From assembly GCF_009914755.1 (NCBI RefSeq), contig NC_060926.1: 64,000 nucleotides of DNA. One strand, written 5' to 3'. Under the pieces are notes generated by a model that was not told the origin of the DNA, did no database searches, and saw nothing but the letters and a program-made list of their open reading frames with translations. Every line of letters starts with the position of its first letter. The stretch's first letter is position 1. This stretch comes from the human T2T-CHM13v2.0 reference genome, Homo sapiens. A program made the translations under genes and the position numbers. Shown here piece after piece: positions 26,569 to 42,030 of this stretch.

Positions 26569-28762
26569 TTTAACCCATTTCTTAATTGGGTCGTTTGTAT
26601 CCTTATTAATAAACTGTTAATGTTTCTTTGTATATTTTGATAACAGGCCATTATCAGAGATGCAATTTGCAAATATTTTTCCTAGTCTTTGAATTGTATT
26701 TTTATCCTCTTGACAGTGTCTTTCATGGGTCAGAAATGTTTAATTTGGGAGAGGTCTAGCTTATCAGTTCTTTCCTTTGTGGATGTTTTATTTGGTGTTA
26801 TGTCCAAAAATATCTTGCCAAACTCATCATCTAAGTTTCTTTCTATGTTATCTTCTAGAATTTTATAGTTTTGTGTTTCATATTTAGGTCTGGACTCTAT
26901 TTGATTTAATTTTTGTGAAGGGTGTAAGGTTTGTGTTTAAACTCATTTTTTTTTTGCATGTCAATATCCAGTTGTACTAGCATACTTTGTTGAAAATACT
27001 CTTCTATGCCATTGTATTGTCTTTTCTCTTTTGCTAAAAATTTGTGTGGGTTTACTTCTGGACCTTCTATCATGTTTCATTGATCTATTTGTCTATTTTT
27101 TCACCAATACTACACTGTCTTGATTACTGTAGACTAAGAATAAGTCTTAAAGTTGGGTAATGTCAGTTCTTCAACTTTGTTCTTCTTTATTACTGTGTTG
27201 GCTATTCTGTGTCTTTTCCCTCTCCCTATAAATTTTGCTTTGTCAATATCTTCAAAATAACTTGCAGATATTTTTACTGGAATTTCATTTAATCTGTAAA
27301 TCAACTTGGGAAGTAGTGACATCTCAAATATATTGAGATTTCCCATCCATGAACATGGAATATATTTCTATTTATTTAGTTATGTAATTTCTTTCATCAG
27401 AGTTTTGTACTTTTCCTCATATAGATATATATTTTTTAAGTTTATACCTAAGTATTTTGTTTTGGGGGATGTTAATGTCTAATGTAAATGGTGTTGTGTT
27501 TTTCATTTTACTCCCCACTTGTTCATTTGGCATATAGGAAAGCAACTAGCTTTTCTATATTAACCCTGTGTTTTGCAACCTTGCTGTAATTGCCTATTAG
27601 TCCCAGGTCTGTTGCCATTGTTGTTGATTCTTTTGTATTTTCTACATAGATGATCATGTCATCTGTGAACAAAGACAGTGTTACATCTTCCTTCCAAATC
27701 AGTGTATCTTTTCTTTTCTTGTCTTGTCTTATTAATTAGAACTTCCAATATGATATAGAAAAGGAGGAGTTACAGGGGACATCTTTGTTTTGTTCCTGAT
27801 CTTAGTCAGAAGGCTTTGAGTTTCTCACCATAAAGTATGATGCTAGCTATAGATTTATTGTGGATATTCTTTGTCAAGATGAGGAAGCTCCTCTGTATTC
27901 CTATTTTATGTTTTAGGTTCTGTTATTTATGGGTGTTGAATTTTCTCAAAACCCACTTCTGAATTTATTTCTATGCTCCTGTGATTTTTTCTTCTGTAAC
28001 CTGTTGATGTAATAGATTATATTAATTGATTTTTGAGTTTTAAATGAGTTTTCTATGTGTGGGATAAATTACACTTAGTTGTGATGTATTATTATTTTTA
28101 TGAATTGTTGGATTTGATTTGATATAATTTGGAGGGGAGTTTTTTACATTTCTGTCCATGATAGTTCTTGGTCTGTGGTTTCCTTATCTTTGTCTGATTT
28201 TGGTATCAGAAAAATGCTGGCCTCATGGAATGGCTTAGGGAAACTTCCTTCTGCTTTGATCTTGTGAATAAGATTTTAGAGAATTACTATAATTTCTTCC
28301 TTACATATCTGGTAGAATACTTTAGTAAACCCATCTGAGCTTTGTATGTTCTGTTTTGGAAGATTGTAAATTATTAATTCAATTTATTTAATAGATGGAA
28401 GCTTATTTAGATGGTCTATTCTTGTGTGAATTTTGGCAAGTTGTGGCTTTTAAAGAAATTGTCCCTTTCTTCTAGGTTATCAAACTTGTGGACATAAATT
28501 TATTCATAGTATCCCTTTATTACTCTTTTAGTGTTTATGTAATCTGTGGTTATGTCTCTTCTTTAATTTCTAATTTTAGCAATTTGTGTGCACTTTTTTT
28601 TTTCTCAGTTAGCTTGTCTAGAGACATATCATTTTGTTGATCTTTTAAAGAACCAGCTTTTGATGTCTGTATTTTAGTTTTCTTTACTGATTTTAGCTGG
28701 TTTTTTAGTAACATTGTTTCTTCTGCTTACTTTGTATTTAATTTGTTCCTCTTTTTCTATTT

Positions 28763-28916
28763 ATGTATTTATTTGATATTATTTTGAGATAGGATCTTGC
28801 CGTGTCACCCAGGCTGGAGTGCAGTGGTCTGGTTGGTCATAGCTCACTGCATGCTCAAACACCTAGGCTCAAGATCCTCCTGCCTCAGTAACTAGGACTA
28901 CAGGCATATTCCAGCA
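28763..28916 (-). mobile_element. Alu right monomer (FRAM or truncated AluJ)
   Basis: gagataggatcttgccgtgtcacccaggctggagtgcagtgg...ggactacaggc, flanked by near repeats tcct(c/a)tttttctattt. Confidence 0.8.
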
Positions 28917-30009
28917 TTTCCTATTTTTCTATTTTCCTAAGGTGGAAGCTTAGATTGTTGAATTTTACATCTTTTTGTTTTTCAAATATGTGCTTTATTC
29001 TGTAAATTACCATCTAAACACTGTTTTTGCTACATCCTACAAACTTTTGTAAATTGTGTTATTTTAATTTAGTTCAAAATATTAAAAAAATTCTCATGAA
29101 ATATCTTCTATGACTTATGTGTTATTTAGAAGTGTGTTATTTAACCTCTAAATATTTTGGGATTTTCCAGCTATCCATCTGTTACTGATTTCAAGTTTAA
29201 TTCCATTGTGGTCTGTGAGTAAACATTATATGATTCCTCTTATTTTATGATTTGTTGAAGTGTGTTTTATTTGCCCAGAATGTGGTCTATCTTGGTGAAT
29301 GTTCCATGTGAACTAGAAAAGAATTAGTATTCTGCTATTGTTTGATAATGTTGTTTATAGATGTTCATTTTATTTAGTTGATTGATGGTATTTTTGAGTT
29401 CAGCAGTGCCCTGACTTTTTGACTGCTCATTCTGTCCATATCTGGCAAAATGATGCTGAAGTTTTAAACTATTGTGGTGATTCACCTGCTTTTCCTTGCA
29501 ATTCTAGCAGTTTTTTCCTCGTATAACATGATGCTTTGTTGTTAGGTGCATTTAAATTAATGATTGTTATGTCTTCCTGGAGAATTGATCCCTTTATTAT
29601 TATGCAATGTCTCCCTTATCTCCAATAACTTTTCTTGCCCTAAAGACTGCACTGTCTGTATTAACATAACCACTCCTGCTGCTTGTTAATTAGTATTTGC
29701 ATCATATGTCTTTCTCCAACCACTTTAATCAATACAGGTCTTTATATTTAAAGTGTATTGCTTCTAGATAACATGTAGTGGATCTTGTTTTTTAACCCTC
29801 TCTAATAATGTTTGTCTCTTAATTGTTGCATTTAGTCCATTGGTGTTTAAAATGATTATCTATATAGTTGGATTTCTATCTACCACTTGGTTTTTTTTCA
29901 GTTTATTTTTAAAAATAATTCTTTCCTTTTCTTTCTTACATAGGTCCAAGATCAGGCTGTAAAATACAATGAAAGGCCTGATTAATGAAATAATTATTTA
30001 CATTATGTA

Positions 30010-30299
30010 TCATTCTCAGCAAACTAACACAGGAACAGAAAACCAAACACTGCATTTTCTCACTCATAAGTGGGAGTTGAACAATGAGAACACATGGACA
30101 CAGGGAGGGGAACATCACACACCGGGGCCTGTTTGGGGGTGGGGTGTTAGGGAAGGGATAGCATTAGGAGAAATACCTAATGTAGATGATGGTTTGATGG
30201 GTGCAGCAAACCACCATGCATGTGTATACCTATGTAACAAACCTGCATGTTCTGCACATGTATCCCAGAACTTAAAGAATAACTTTAAAAATAAATAAA
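30010..30299 (+). mobile_element. L1PA 3' end (L1PA6-8-like)
   Basis: cagcaaactaacacaggaacagaaaaccaaac...tgtatcccagaacttaaag plus an A-rich tail. Confidence 0.9.
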
Positions 30300-31067
30300 T
30301 CTTATGACTTACATATTATTACACTAATTTCTGGTACTCAATGTTGAAGGTAAAAAAATGATGGTATTTGATGAATAGTGTCAGAGAAATTGCTCTTTAG
30401 CATGACAGTTTGTGGAGTAAAACAGTGGTTTTCCAAGAGCAGTGTTCATATCAGTGCTGATTCATAGTTTTTATTCTTCAAGCCAAAATGAGGAAAGTAA
30501 GAAAACTATGCGTAGTTTACTAGGGGCAGAACTAAGCATGTAGAAGTTTGTGGGAAATGGTGAAGCAAAAATACTTAAAAATTACTGTAATACTTTTAGC
30601 CACCACCACCACACAGGCACAGAGATACAACATTGAGTAGATGATTTATTTTTATATTTCATTGTAGTCCATCACAATCTAATATGAAATATAAGTATCC
30701 TGAAAGATAGGAAATGTACCGGATCCTGAATAAAGCTTGGCTTACTGATAAAATAAGACATTTCATACTCTTTCCATTTTGATGTTCAGTCTCCCCTCAG
30801 TTTCATTCTAACACATGCACATGCCTCTTGATGTCTAGGCTACACCTTAAGTTCTTTATTGATTGCTTACAGGATGAAAAACACAGCATAGGGCAACATG
30901 ATTTCCATGTGATCCTGACCTTACCAATTTCTTAGGCTAGCAGTAGGGAGACAATTTTGTCTACTGCCCTTTCTTGAAAATATTTTTGTTCGATATTATT
31001 TGCTCTCTTTGATATTTAAATGACCATTATTTTATTAAAATATGGAGGCAATAGAAAATAAGTGTTC

Positions 31068-31418
31068 ATAGAGAAAATGTGGTACATATACACTATGGAA
31101 TACTATGCAGCCATAAAAAGGAATGAGATCATGTCCTTTGCAGAGACGTGGATGAAGCTGGAAATCATCATCCTCAGAAAGCTAACACAGGAACAGGAAA
31201 CCAAATACCACATGGGAGTTCAACGATGGGAACACATGGACACAGGCAGGGTAGCAACACAGCTGGGGCCTGTTGGGTGGTGGGGACGAGGGGAGGGAAC
31301 CTAGATGGTGGGTCAATAGATGCAGCAAACCACCACGGCACACGTATACCTATGTAAGAAACCTGCACGTTCTGCACATGTATCCCGAACTTAAATTAAA
31401 AAAAAGAAAAAGGAAAAA
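31068..31418 (+). mobile_element. L1PA 3' end (L1PA8-like) with TSD
   Basis: KMWYIYTMEYYAAIKRNEIMSFA motif and A tail. TSD agaaaata(a/t)gtgttc at 31053-31067 and 31419-31433. Confidence 0.9.
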
Positions 31419-31735
31419 AGAAAATATGTGTTCTAGTTTATTTGTTTGTTTTTAACTTAACAGTGGTTAATTCGTTTTCTAATTAGGTGATCTCATTTAT
31501 AAATAATAAGTTTTTTCTCTTCCCTTCCAATATTTAGAACTCGTATTCTTTTTTTTTTTTTTCTGCATAAAGCACTGGCCAGGACTTCCAGTACTATACT
31601 AAATAGTGGTGGTATTTATGAACATTCTTGTGTTTTTTCTGTTTTAAAGAATATATTAAACATTGGTTCATTGAGAATAAGTTTTGTTGTAGATGTTGTT
31701 ACTTATATCAAATTTTAAAAATTCCCTTTACTACT

Positions 31736-32049
<314 letters not shown>

Positions 32050-32531
32050 TTTACTACTCCTTTTTAAGCTATTTTTAAAATCATGAAATAGTGTTGAACT
32101 TTGTCACGTGAATTTTCTGTAATAATTGATAAACTGTATGCATTTTCTTCTGTAATACAATTTAATGATTTACAATGATAGTCATTTGTGTAAAACCTTA
32201 TACTTGGTGCTTTTGAACATGTTTATGTAATTATCATTAATATCTCTCTAAACTAAAAAATAAACATGACTTGCTGACCTATTTACTTGATTTTAATTAA
32301 TAAATATGTTTAATTTTCTCATATTTATTTCAAATTATATTTGTCTATGCCATTCATGAGAACTAAGGTGTTATAAATATTCATATGGACTTTCATAGTA
32401 ATATACATTTCTGTAGCCTATATGAATAAACTCTTCGACTTGAATAAGTATTAACTGGGTCCAGGACAAGAATTGCATTTGAAAAGATAACCTATATTTC
32501 TCAAAAGAAAAATAAAGAAAATATCAGATCT

Positions 32532-32877
<346 letters not shown>

Positions 32878-34067
32878 TTAAAATGGGAAAATAAATAATA
32901 CTGATTAGTGGCAAGGCAAGCTGAAAAATAGATAAAATCAGTTTTGAGAAATTGATGGATGAGCACTGCTAAAAAAAAAGGACAGTACATGTGTAAGCAT
33001 TTAACTTCCTGGGTTCCTAGAGTCAGAAACAGTTGGGAAACTTAAAAAAAACATGGACAATTAGAGTCTTAGAATGAATCTTTTCCTGAGCTCCGCTTGT
33101 TATTTTGATGATCCTTTTGGATACATAGCCTAATAGACTATGTTGACATCAAATTATAGATAAATTACCTTATCTAAGGATAATTAAATGGTTTACTGTA
33201 CAAAGGCATTATTGTAAATTAGAACATAGTTCATTTCACACCTGTGATCAAGTTAGCATTAGTGTATTCTTTTTAGTCCCATTATATTCCATTTGCTGCA
33301 TTCACTTTGTGCATCTAAAGGACTAGTTTCCAACAACCCCACCTTTGGCAAGTATCCCAAAGTATCATCAAAGTAACAAATGGAGTTCAGGAAAAGATTC
33401 ATTCTAAGATACTAATGTAATTGAAAATAATTTGTTATGCAAAAGTTGGTAAACACAATGTGTACAACTGTGTGCTCAAAATAAATGGAAACAAGACGTC
33501 TACAAAGCATATAAAAGAGGAAGTTGAGCTTATTCTAATTTTATGTATGTTTTGCAGATATAAAACACTTCTACAGACAGCAAAGAAAATAAGTATGAAT
33601 TAAAATTCAATTGACACATGTTATCAAAACAGTTAATTTATTATCTTTGGTTTGTAGAATCATTTATGATAATTAGCAAATAAACACAAGGTTGAAATTT
33701 TACACGATTCTGAAATTTGATTGTAGGATAAACAATAATAACTTTGACTCCATAAACCTTTTATCATGCTGACTAAATTTAAAGCTTGAGATTTTATTTT
33801 AGCTCCCATGATTATTTTGGAATACAGTTGTATGAACAGAAATTGAAAGTTTTATATTAATTATATTAGGTTACATTTGATCCCTAATTGCACCCACCAT
33901 GTACATGCTTAATTATAAACTCAAGGAATAAAAATAGTCATGTATTCTCCAAATAAGAGTCACAAATTAGTCTTATTGTAGTTACATGCTGATTTGAAAG
34001 GCTTAAGCAATAAGAATATTGGCTATTGTTAATAATTCCTGCCATATGTTCTGTGATTAACAAATAA

Positions 34068-34382
<315 letters not shown>

Positions 34383-35719
34383 TCATGACTATTCTTTATA
34401 GAACTAATGCAAAATACAGATATACAATAGCTTACCTCCATACACAACCACTCAATGTCCCAATACTTTAATCTCCCCTGCTCTTCAGATCTTACATGTT
34501 TTAGCCTTTTTGTCTCTGCCTGTATGCCTTAGCTGTAAGCCAAATATAATCAAATAATTGAAAACTGACTATGATTAGAATCAGTGCAGACATTCTCCAA
34601 CATTCATTTCTATATTTAAACATTCATTTTCTTCAAAAAAATTAACTCAGTTGTTGAATTAATTGAAATAGAATGAAATACAATTTTCTTGTAAGATTTA
34701 TCACTTGTTTTTCTGTATTTTAGTCAACCATCTGTGACAATTTTGTTCATGACTTGGTAAATGAATCCTGAAACTCATTCAACACCTGTTTAAATTCAAT
34801 ATTTCAAGGGACTCATAGTCTCATACTGTGCCACATTAGTGCTTCAGTCAACTCCATAAGTGGAATTTCATATTTTTTGTATATTCTTAAGACTCCTCAG
34901 GTCACCATCTTCTCTATTAAGGCTCATGTGCATTTGTTAGAAATATCAAATGTGACTAGCACCAGGTGAATATATTTTAGAAATGCCCAATTGATATTTA
35001 TGGTCACAATAATAAGCAAGGGAGATGAGCAAGTTTTCTAAGGGTGTTAAATAGCATTAGAGTGTTGGCCTCTTTACGGTGCTTACATAATATGCTTAGT
35101 GAACACTATCCAAAGACTGCACTTTGATTTTCTGATGACGCTGAAGAACATGTCTCAAAACTCAGAATATTTCAGAAGACAAATCTTTTATTTCTCAGGC
35201 ATAGATTTATTAGTTTTTTCAAAATTATCTTTCCCTGTGATTAAATAAAACCTCAGGAAACTTTTAGAAAGATGATAGCTGTGAGAAACAGAGCTGGGAT
35301 AGAAGTTAATTTGTTTTTAGGGCAAGAGAAAGAAGTTCCCCTTTAAAGTATTTGTAATTTAGTTTGTAAATTTAAAATTTTAGTAACATTCTGTCTTATA
35401 TTCAACTTATTTCTAACTTTTTGAATTTTTAATACGTTGAAAGTCATGAAGTCGATATGGGGGATTTCAACCATAAAGACAGAATATAAAAATTCATTAA
35501 GATTAGGATAAATATTCACTTATCTTCACCACTGTGAGAGAGAGCTTTAGGACCTAGCAGAAATTACTCAACTACTTCCTTTCCTTCATCTGTAAAGCAG
35601 ACTTTATAATAATATTTAATTCAGGAGTGTAGTGCAAGGATTAAATGATCAATGACTACAGTTAATAGATGTCGGTTGTAAAATTATAAAGATTAGAATT
35701 AAAGTAATTTTAATTGCAA

Positions 35720-36360
35720 ATTTAGGGAGTAATCTGCAATACTCTCACTTTTGACACCAATTGTAAGTTCGAGTCTCCAAGACCACCGCTTGTGACACAA
35801 ACTGCAAATTTAGATGTTCCCAAGATTATCCTCAGTTTCAGTTCTTCACTAGAATTCATTGAATTCACTGAAAGCAGGTATACTGACAGCTACAGCTTCT
35901 TTTCTTGAAATAATAAAGATTAAATCATCCAAAGGAAGAGCTGTATGGGGCAGAGTTTAAGAAAGTAGTAAACACTGAAGCTCTCAGTTGTTCTCATTCA
36001 GTACAAGTTGCAGACAGCACTAACTTTCCTGGCAATGATGTGTGACTATTTGCACAAAATATTACCAGTCAGGGTAGCTGACTTGAGGCTTGATATCCAT
36101 CCTTTTTATTGGGGATTCATCAACACATTTAATTGCCCATATGAGTATCCTCAGACTTCATCCCCTCTAGATCTCCAGGAGGCAGAGCTGATACTGTGTG
36201 ACTCAAAGTCCCCACCATAAATCGCAGAATATCTGGCATGACCCCTAGCTAAATAAAGATGATTTTATCAGGCAGGGCATTCAGAGGCTTAGAGATTACT
36301 TCTCAGGAGCTGAGAGCAAAGGACACATCACTCTTTGGGCAGGAATAATTACTTACTATA
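35720..36360 (-). mobile_element. MER21-family LTR
   Basis: The end ggcttagagattacttctcaggagctgagagcaaagg...ctctttgggcaggaataattactttactata matches the reverse complement of the MER21 5' end as I recall it. Confidence 0.8.
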
Positions 36361-37859
36361 GCTACACTGCTGAAGTTCTAAATGCTATTATTAGTGTTTC
36401 AGAATAGAAACTCAAATATGTAGAAAAATATACAGGTAATATTTGATGCTACCCATTCTTTTAAATAGTTAATAATACACAGTTATCATAGGCTTTCCAT
36501 TGTGATAAACTGGTCATTCTTCTAGAAGCAAAATGTTAATTGTGTCTTAATAGTTTCTGTTTCAGTGTACAAGTAATTAGAATTTTATTTGCCCTCTGGA
36601 AAGCAAGTAACATTTTTCAAATTATAGAGAAGCAATACAGTCATCATTTTGCACTTGATTATAATAAATATTTTTGCATTTTAATTTATATATTCAGTCT
36701 AATTTTTATTTTTTATTTTATGTTTAGTTTTAGAAATTGATTCTTATCAATAAGATATAAAATCTGCTCTTATAAAGTAGCCCTGTTGGTGTAAGTGTAA
36801 GGTACCAATTTGCAGATCATTTTGAAAAAAGTAACCTTTCTTTTTAATCATTTAGTCTCGGATATGGTGTGTAACTATATAGACAAGTATTTTTGTGCAT
36901 TCATTTCAATCATTATGATAATAAGCTTAAAGAGAGAAAAGCTGTTCTATTTCTTATTATCCATTGTTAAACCTGTGTAAGTGTTTCAATTACCATAATT
37001 TTGAAAAAAATTATGGCTTAAAATTCTCAGGTAATATATTCCCTTTCAAGTATTCAATTTCATTTTTTGTATTCAGACGAAAGTACCTGACAGCTGCCTT
37101 TGAATATATTTCATGGGTATTTGCAAAGAGTAAAGTATAGGGTAGGAATGAAAAGAGGATAGAACAAAGTTGATTCTGACAACCTATCACCTGATAGAAA
37201 GAATAAGATATTTTTGCATATTGTATGGCACTTAGATAAAAATAAAATAAACTTGCAGTAACTACTTTATTTCCTAAGTTTTCTTCAGAATTTTCACATT
37301 GAATTTAACTGCCTCAGAACGTGCTTTGTAGCCACTTGGTTAATAAATATTTGTAAATATTTGTTGGTCACCTATTAGGTTCTAGGATTCTGGTGAAAAA
37401 ATATAGAAAATAGATAAATAAATATATATATATACATACATAGCAAAGTTCTAAATGCTATTTATGTGTGTGTATGTATATAACTATATGTGTGTGTATA
37501 TATATAACTATATTATATAGCTTCCAACTTCTAAGACGTAGGAGTCTAATAGGAACAGATCTCAATCTGGTGAAAGTGAGCCATGTTGTAAATAAACACA
37601 TAAAAAATATCTCATAGTTCACAGTTTCAGGCTCATGGAGTCGACTTTACTCTCAGCCAGTCTGTCAATATTGAGTTTGAAGATTTTTCTCTTTTAGACA
37701 GTGAAAATTTCTGGTATATATATCTTTGCCATGTTGTTTGGAATTATAATCTATAGTTGGCAAAATTGATGTTTTTTGTCTCATTCATTAATAATCACCT
37801 GACCTTAACATAGCCTAGGCAGTACTCTATATCTGTCTCTTTCCCCTTTGGAGATCGCC

Positions 37860-38040
37860 AGACTGAAATCCTTTCCAATCTTTCCTAGTGCAATAAGCAG
37901 CATCATTATCCACCCCACTTGAATTCAAAGCCAAAACCTCTAAATTATTCTTGAGTCTTCTGACTTAACATCCAATGAATCAGCAAGTTACATCAACTCT
38001 ATTTCAAGAATTATTGGGAATGCATCTATTTGTTTCTAAT
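37860..38040 (+). mobile_element. L2 fragment
   Basis: aagccaaaacctctaaattattcttgagtcttc...acatccaatgaatcagcaagt is L2-like. Confidence 0.55.
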
Positions 38041-38759
38041 AGCAATGGTATTCTTGACTCACTTTATATTGTTCATAGTTGATGCCTTTGAACAGTGGTT
38101 GGATAAGCATTAATTTTGATTATTTCCATTTGGGGAGCTTTCCAAGTAAAATGTTTACTCATGTATATCTATTATTATTTTAATTTGTCTTGAAGTGCAA
38201 TAGTATTTTAAACAAATGAAAGATAAAGAATGTTAAGATAAAATCACAGAAACAAACTTTAAAATTCTAAATGAAACTGCATACGTGGAATGCATTGCAT
38301 GACACTATATTTAGTAGGCTCAATAAATATCAAATTAGAAAATATAGGCCTCTTTATTTTGAATTTCCACAAATAATATTAAAATATTAAAATGGGAGAA
38401 ATAAGAGACTCCCAAGACTTAAAATATTTAATGGTGGTATATTTTGTATATATCTATACTTAGTTTATTCTTACTGCGATTTAATTTATAACAGAATAAA
38501 CTGGAAATGCTATAAATTTGATGAGTGTTTTTAGAAGCACTCTCTATATAGCATTCAAAACAGACATGAAGTATAAAAGCCTAAGGTGAAGGGATTTAGT
38601 AGTATAAGAAGTAATTAGCTGCCTAGAGAATCCTGTAAGTAATGTGTGGTCATCATTATATTGACATCTATGTATTAGTTTTGGATTCATATGGTAATAT
38701 CTTATTTTAAATAAGCATTAAAATGAATCCATTTTCTATTACTTAAAATAACCACTTGT

Positions 38760-38950
38760 TAATGGGCACAAATAACACAGGAAGTGGAGAACTGCTCTAT
38801 TTCAGCTCTACCATCTCCTAGCCATGTGAGCCTTTATGTATCTAGGTAAATGCCTTTACTTTTCTGCTCTTCATTTTCTTTATCTACTAATTAGAACTAT
38901 ACATAACTACCCTTTATAACTCATAGATTATTACAAGGATCAAACCAACA
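38760..38950 (+). mobile_element. MIR
   Basis: ttcagctctaccatctcctagccatgtgagcctt...tcattttctttatctac. Confidence 0.55.
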
Positions 38951-39006
38951 CATTGCAATTATTTTGTATTATATACAGTATAAGTACATCATATTATCAT
39001 AGAATG

Positions 39007-39367
39007 TACTATGGTCTGAATGTTTGTGTCTCCCCAAAATTCATATGTTGAAACCCTAACCCCTAAGGTGATTTTAAGAGGTAGTGCCTTTAAAAAGTGA
39101 TTAGACCATGAGGGTGCAACCCTCATGAACAGGATTAGTGCCCTTATAAAAGAGGCCCTAGAGAGAGCCATGCCCCTTCCACCATGTGAGGACACAGCAA
39201 GAAGGAATATCTATGAACCAGAAAGCAGGCCCTCACCAAAGTCCGAATCTATTGCAACCTTGATCTTGATCTTCCAATACTCCAGAACCATGAGAAGGGA
39301 ATTTCTTTGTTTTTTAAGCCACCCATTTTATAGTGTTTTGTTATAGCAAACCAAACAAAGTAAGACA
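39007..39367 (+). mobile_element. MLT1A-type solo LTR (MaLR)
   Basis: tactatggtctgaatgtttgtgtctccccaaaattcatatgttgaaacc...taagaca. 5-bp TSD gaatg/taatg. Confidence 0.9.
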
Positions 39368-40739
39368 TAATGTTTCCAAAAACAATAATATGGTTTCCTC
39401 TGAAAAGTATTAACAACTCAAGTAAGTGTTAGTTTACAAGTGTGTATACAAGAGAATTAAATAACTCCAAAACAAAACTTCATTCCCAACATTTTCTGTT
39501 CACCAAACAACTATCCGTATAAATATGCAGTTTATTTTTTACAATTAACTCCCAATTATTATTTTAAGTAGATTTTCCCTCTGTGACCTCAAGTCCTAAT
39601 CATGTGGGATGAAAAAAAGTATTTCAGACAATAGGGCCAGAAAGACCTGATTACAGTAATGTGTCTATTTTATTGTTTTTTCACCATAGGCAAGTTGTTC
39701 ACATATCTATTCAGTGGGAAAAAGTGCCTTTTAAAAACACTGTTGCTCTAAGGATTGAGTTATTATACTTTATATTACTTACCATTGTGCCTGCTGCATA
39801 AAAACATGCTTAGTGTATTATACCTATTTTTACATGTATAGCACAAAATAGATAATATGCACAATGCCCAGTATTTACTCAAGAATAACAGATATTGGCA
39901 TTGTAATATTGTTGAATATAAAACCATTAAATTTGAAACTGTACCCTACATTAGTGTTCCCGGTTTTACAAAGAAAAAGGTAACACTAATTCAAATTATA
40001 AGACTGGAACAATCATATGGATGGATTCTCCGTAAATATGAGTTTTGCTGAAACATTTGCCATGCATAATAGCTAATGTATTCAGTATTAAAGATCAATT
40101 AGGAGATTAATAATTTTTCAGAAACAACTATCTACTTATGTTAGTATTCCTATTTAAATCAACGTTTTACTGATGCGGTTTTTCAAGAATGTAATTATCA
40201 CTATCCTTCAGGGAACATATATAAGCTATTTGTATGAAATATGAAGAACAAAAGCCTAAAGTCCTATTTATAGAGAAAAGAATGTTCTTCAATCAAATGT
40301 ACAAACAGAACATAAACTCATGCATATTTAATTTTTCTTCTCTAGGCATTAACAGATATCCCATTTTTAGAATATTTTATTTTCTTAGCACAGATGTGGA
40401 ACCAATGTCTGAAGTGAAAAAAAAAAGATTACTTGGATTATTACTACTTATGGGCAAAAATCATGTTCTATGTTGTGCCTTTATGCCCTAGCATAATGCT
40501 TAAGACAAAGTAAATAATGGAAAATATAGATTGAGTGAATAAATTTTAACAAAGAATGTAATCAATGTATACCATATAAAATATCAAATAGTGTATGAAT
40601 TATTTAAAGTATATGCTGGTATTTTATGCCATAAATACAATAAAATTTGACATTATTAAATAAAAGTTTTGTTCCTATACTTTTTAAAAATTAAGCTTTA
40701 TTTTTTCCCCTAGAAAGGATCATGAATCAAAAAGCACGC

Positions 40740-41080
40740 ATTTTTTTTCACATTTTTCCAATCTTTAATGTTTACTGAAACATAATATTTGATAAAATAC
40801 ATACACACATATTTGATAAAATCTGGATATGTGGTATATCCATCACCTAAAACATTTATCATTATTTTGTGTTGCGAACATTTCAACTCTACTCTTCTAG
40901 CTACTTTGAAATACACAATAAGTCATTGGTAACTATAGTTGCCCTATTGTGATACGAAGCACTAGACCTTATTCCTTCTAAGTGTATTTTTGGACCCATT
41001 AACTAATCTGCCTTTATCTTTCCTCCTCACTACCCTTCCCAGCCTCTAACAGATTATATTCGCTACCACTATGAGATCGA
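40740..41080 (-). mobile_element. L1MA 3'UTR fragment
   Basis: catccatcacc-like motif, then aacatttcaactctactcttctagctactttgaaatacacaat. Confidence 0.8.
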
Positions 41081-41099
41081 TGAAAAAACAAACAAAACA

Positions 41100-41598
41100 A
41101 AAAATTGTGGGTACATAGTAGGTGATATATTTATAAGGTACATGAGATATTTTGATGCAGGCTTCCAATCCATAATAATATCAGGGTGAATGGGGTATAA
41201 ATCACTTCAAACAATTATCATTTATTTGTGTTGCAAACATTACAATTATACTCTTTTGGTTATTTTAAACTGTGCATTACATTATTGTTGACTGTAATCA
41301 CTCTGTTGTGCTATTAAATACTAGATCTCATTCATTCTATCTAACTATATTTTTATATCCATTAACCATCCCCACTTTCCCCCTCCCCCATCACCCTTTC
41401 CAGACTCTGGTAACTATCATTCTACTCTTTATCTCCATGAGTTCCATTGTTTTCATTATTAACTCCCACAAATGAGTGAGAATATGCAACATTTTTCTTT
41501 CTGTTCCTGGCTTAAGTTTCATTTAACGTAATGTTCTCTATTTCCAACCACATTATTGCAAATGACAGGACTTCATTCATTTTTATGGTGGAATAATA
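41100..41598 (-). mobile_element. L1MA (L1MA1-3-like) 3'UTR fragment
   Basis: ttgtgggtacatagtaggtg...ctcccacaaatgagtgagaatatgc...gcaaatgacaggacttcattc. Confidence 0.85.
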
Positions 41599-41937
41599 AA
41601 GGACGTATTTTTGAGAAATCAAACTGAGAGAGTTTTCAGTTCATTTCAGACAATCGACAAAAGATTGCATGTTTTACTTGAAGCTCTGAACAGATCCAAA
41701 TCCCTCTTGCAGAGTCACATAGAAATATATTCTCTTACAGCCTTCAAAGATATCAGCCCTGCTCCTTTATTAGTTAGCAATATTTTGAGCCAGTTCAACA
41801 TTAATATTAGTAAAAAGTTTAGTTATACTTTTCAAGAAGTAGAGAAGTTCCATTCTCTAACCTTTTCTGCTTTAGCCTCTGAAGACTTAAATACATAGAA
41901 AACAAAACAGAAATGAAATTAAGAAATGTTTGAAATA

Positions 41938-42030
41938 GGGCAACCCGCTCGGGTCCCCTTCCACACTGTGGAAGCTTTTTTCTTCCGCTCTTTGCAATAA
42001 ATCTTGCTGCAAAAAAAAAAAAAAAAAAAA
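41938..42030 (+). mobile_element. LTR12 (HERV-9) R-region retrocopy with poly(A) tail and 17-bp TSD
   Basis: ggcaacccgctcgggtccccttccacactgtggaagcttt...tttgcaataaatcttgctgc followed by A20. TSD aagaaatgtttgaaata at 41921-41937 and 42029-42045. Confidence 0.92.
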
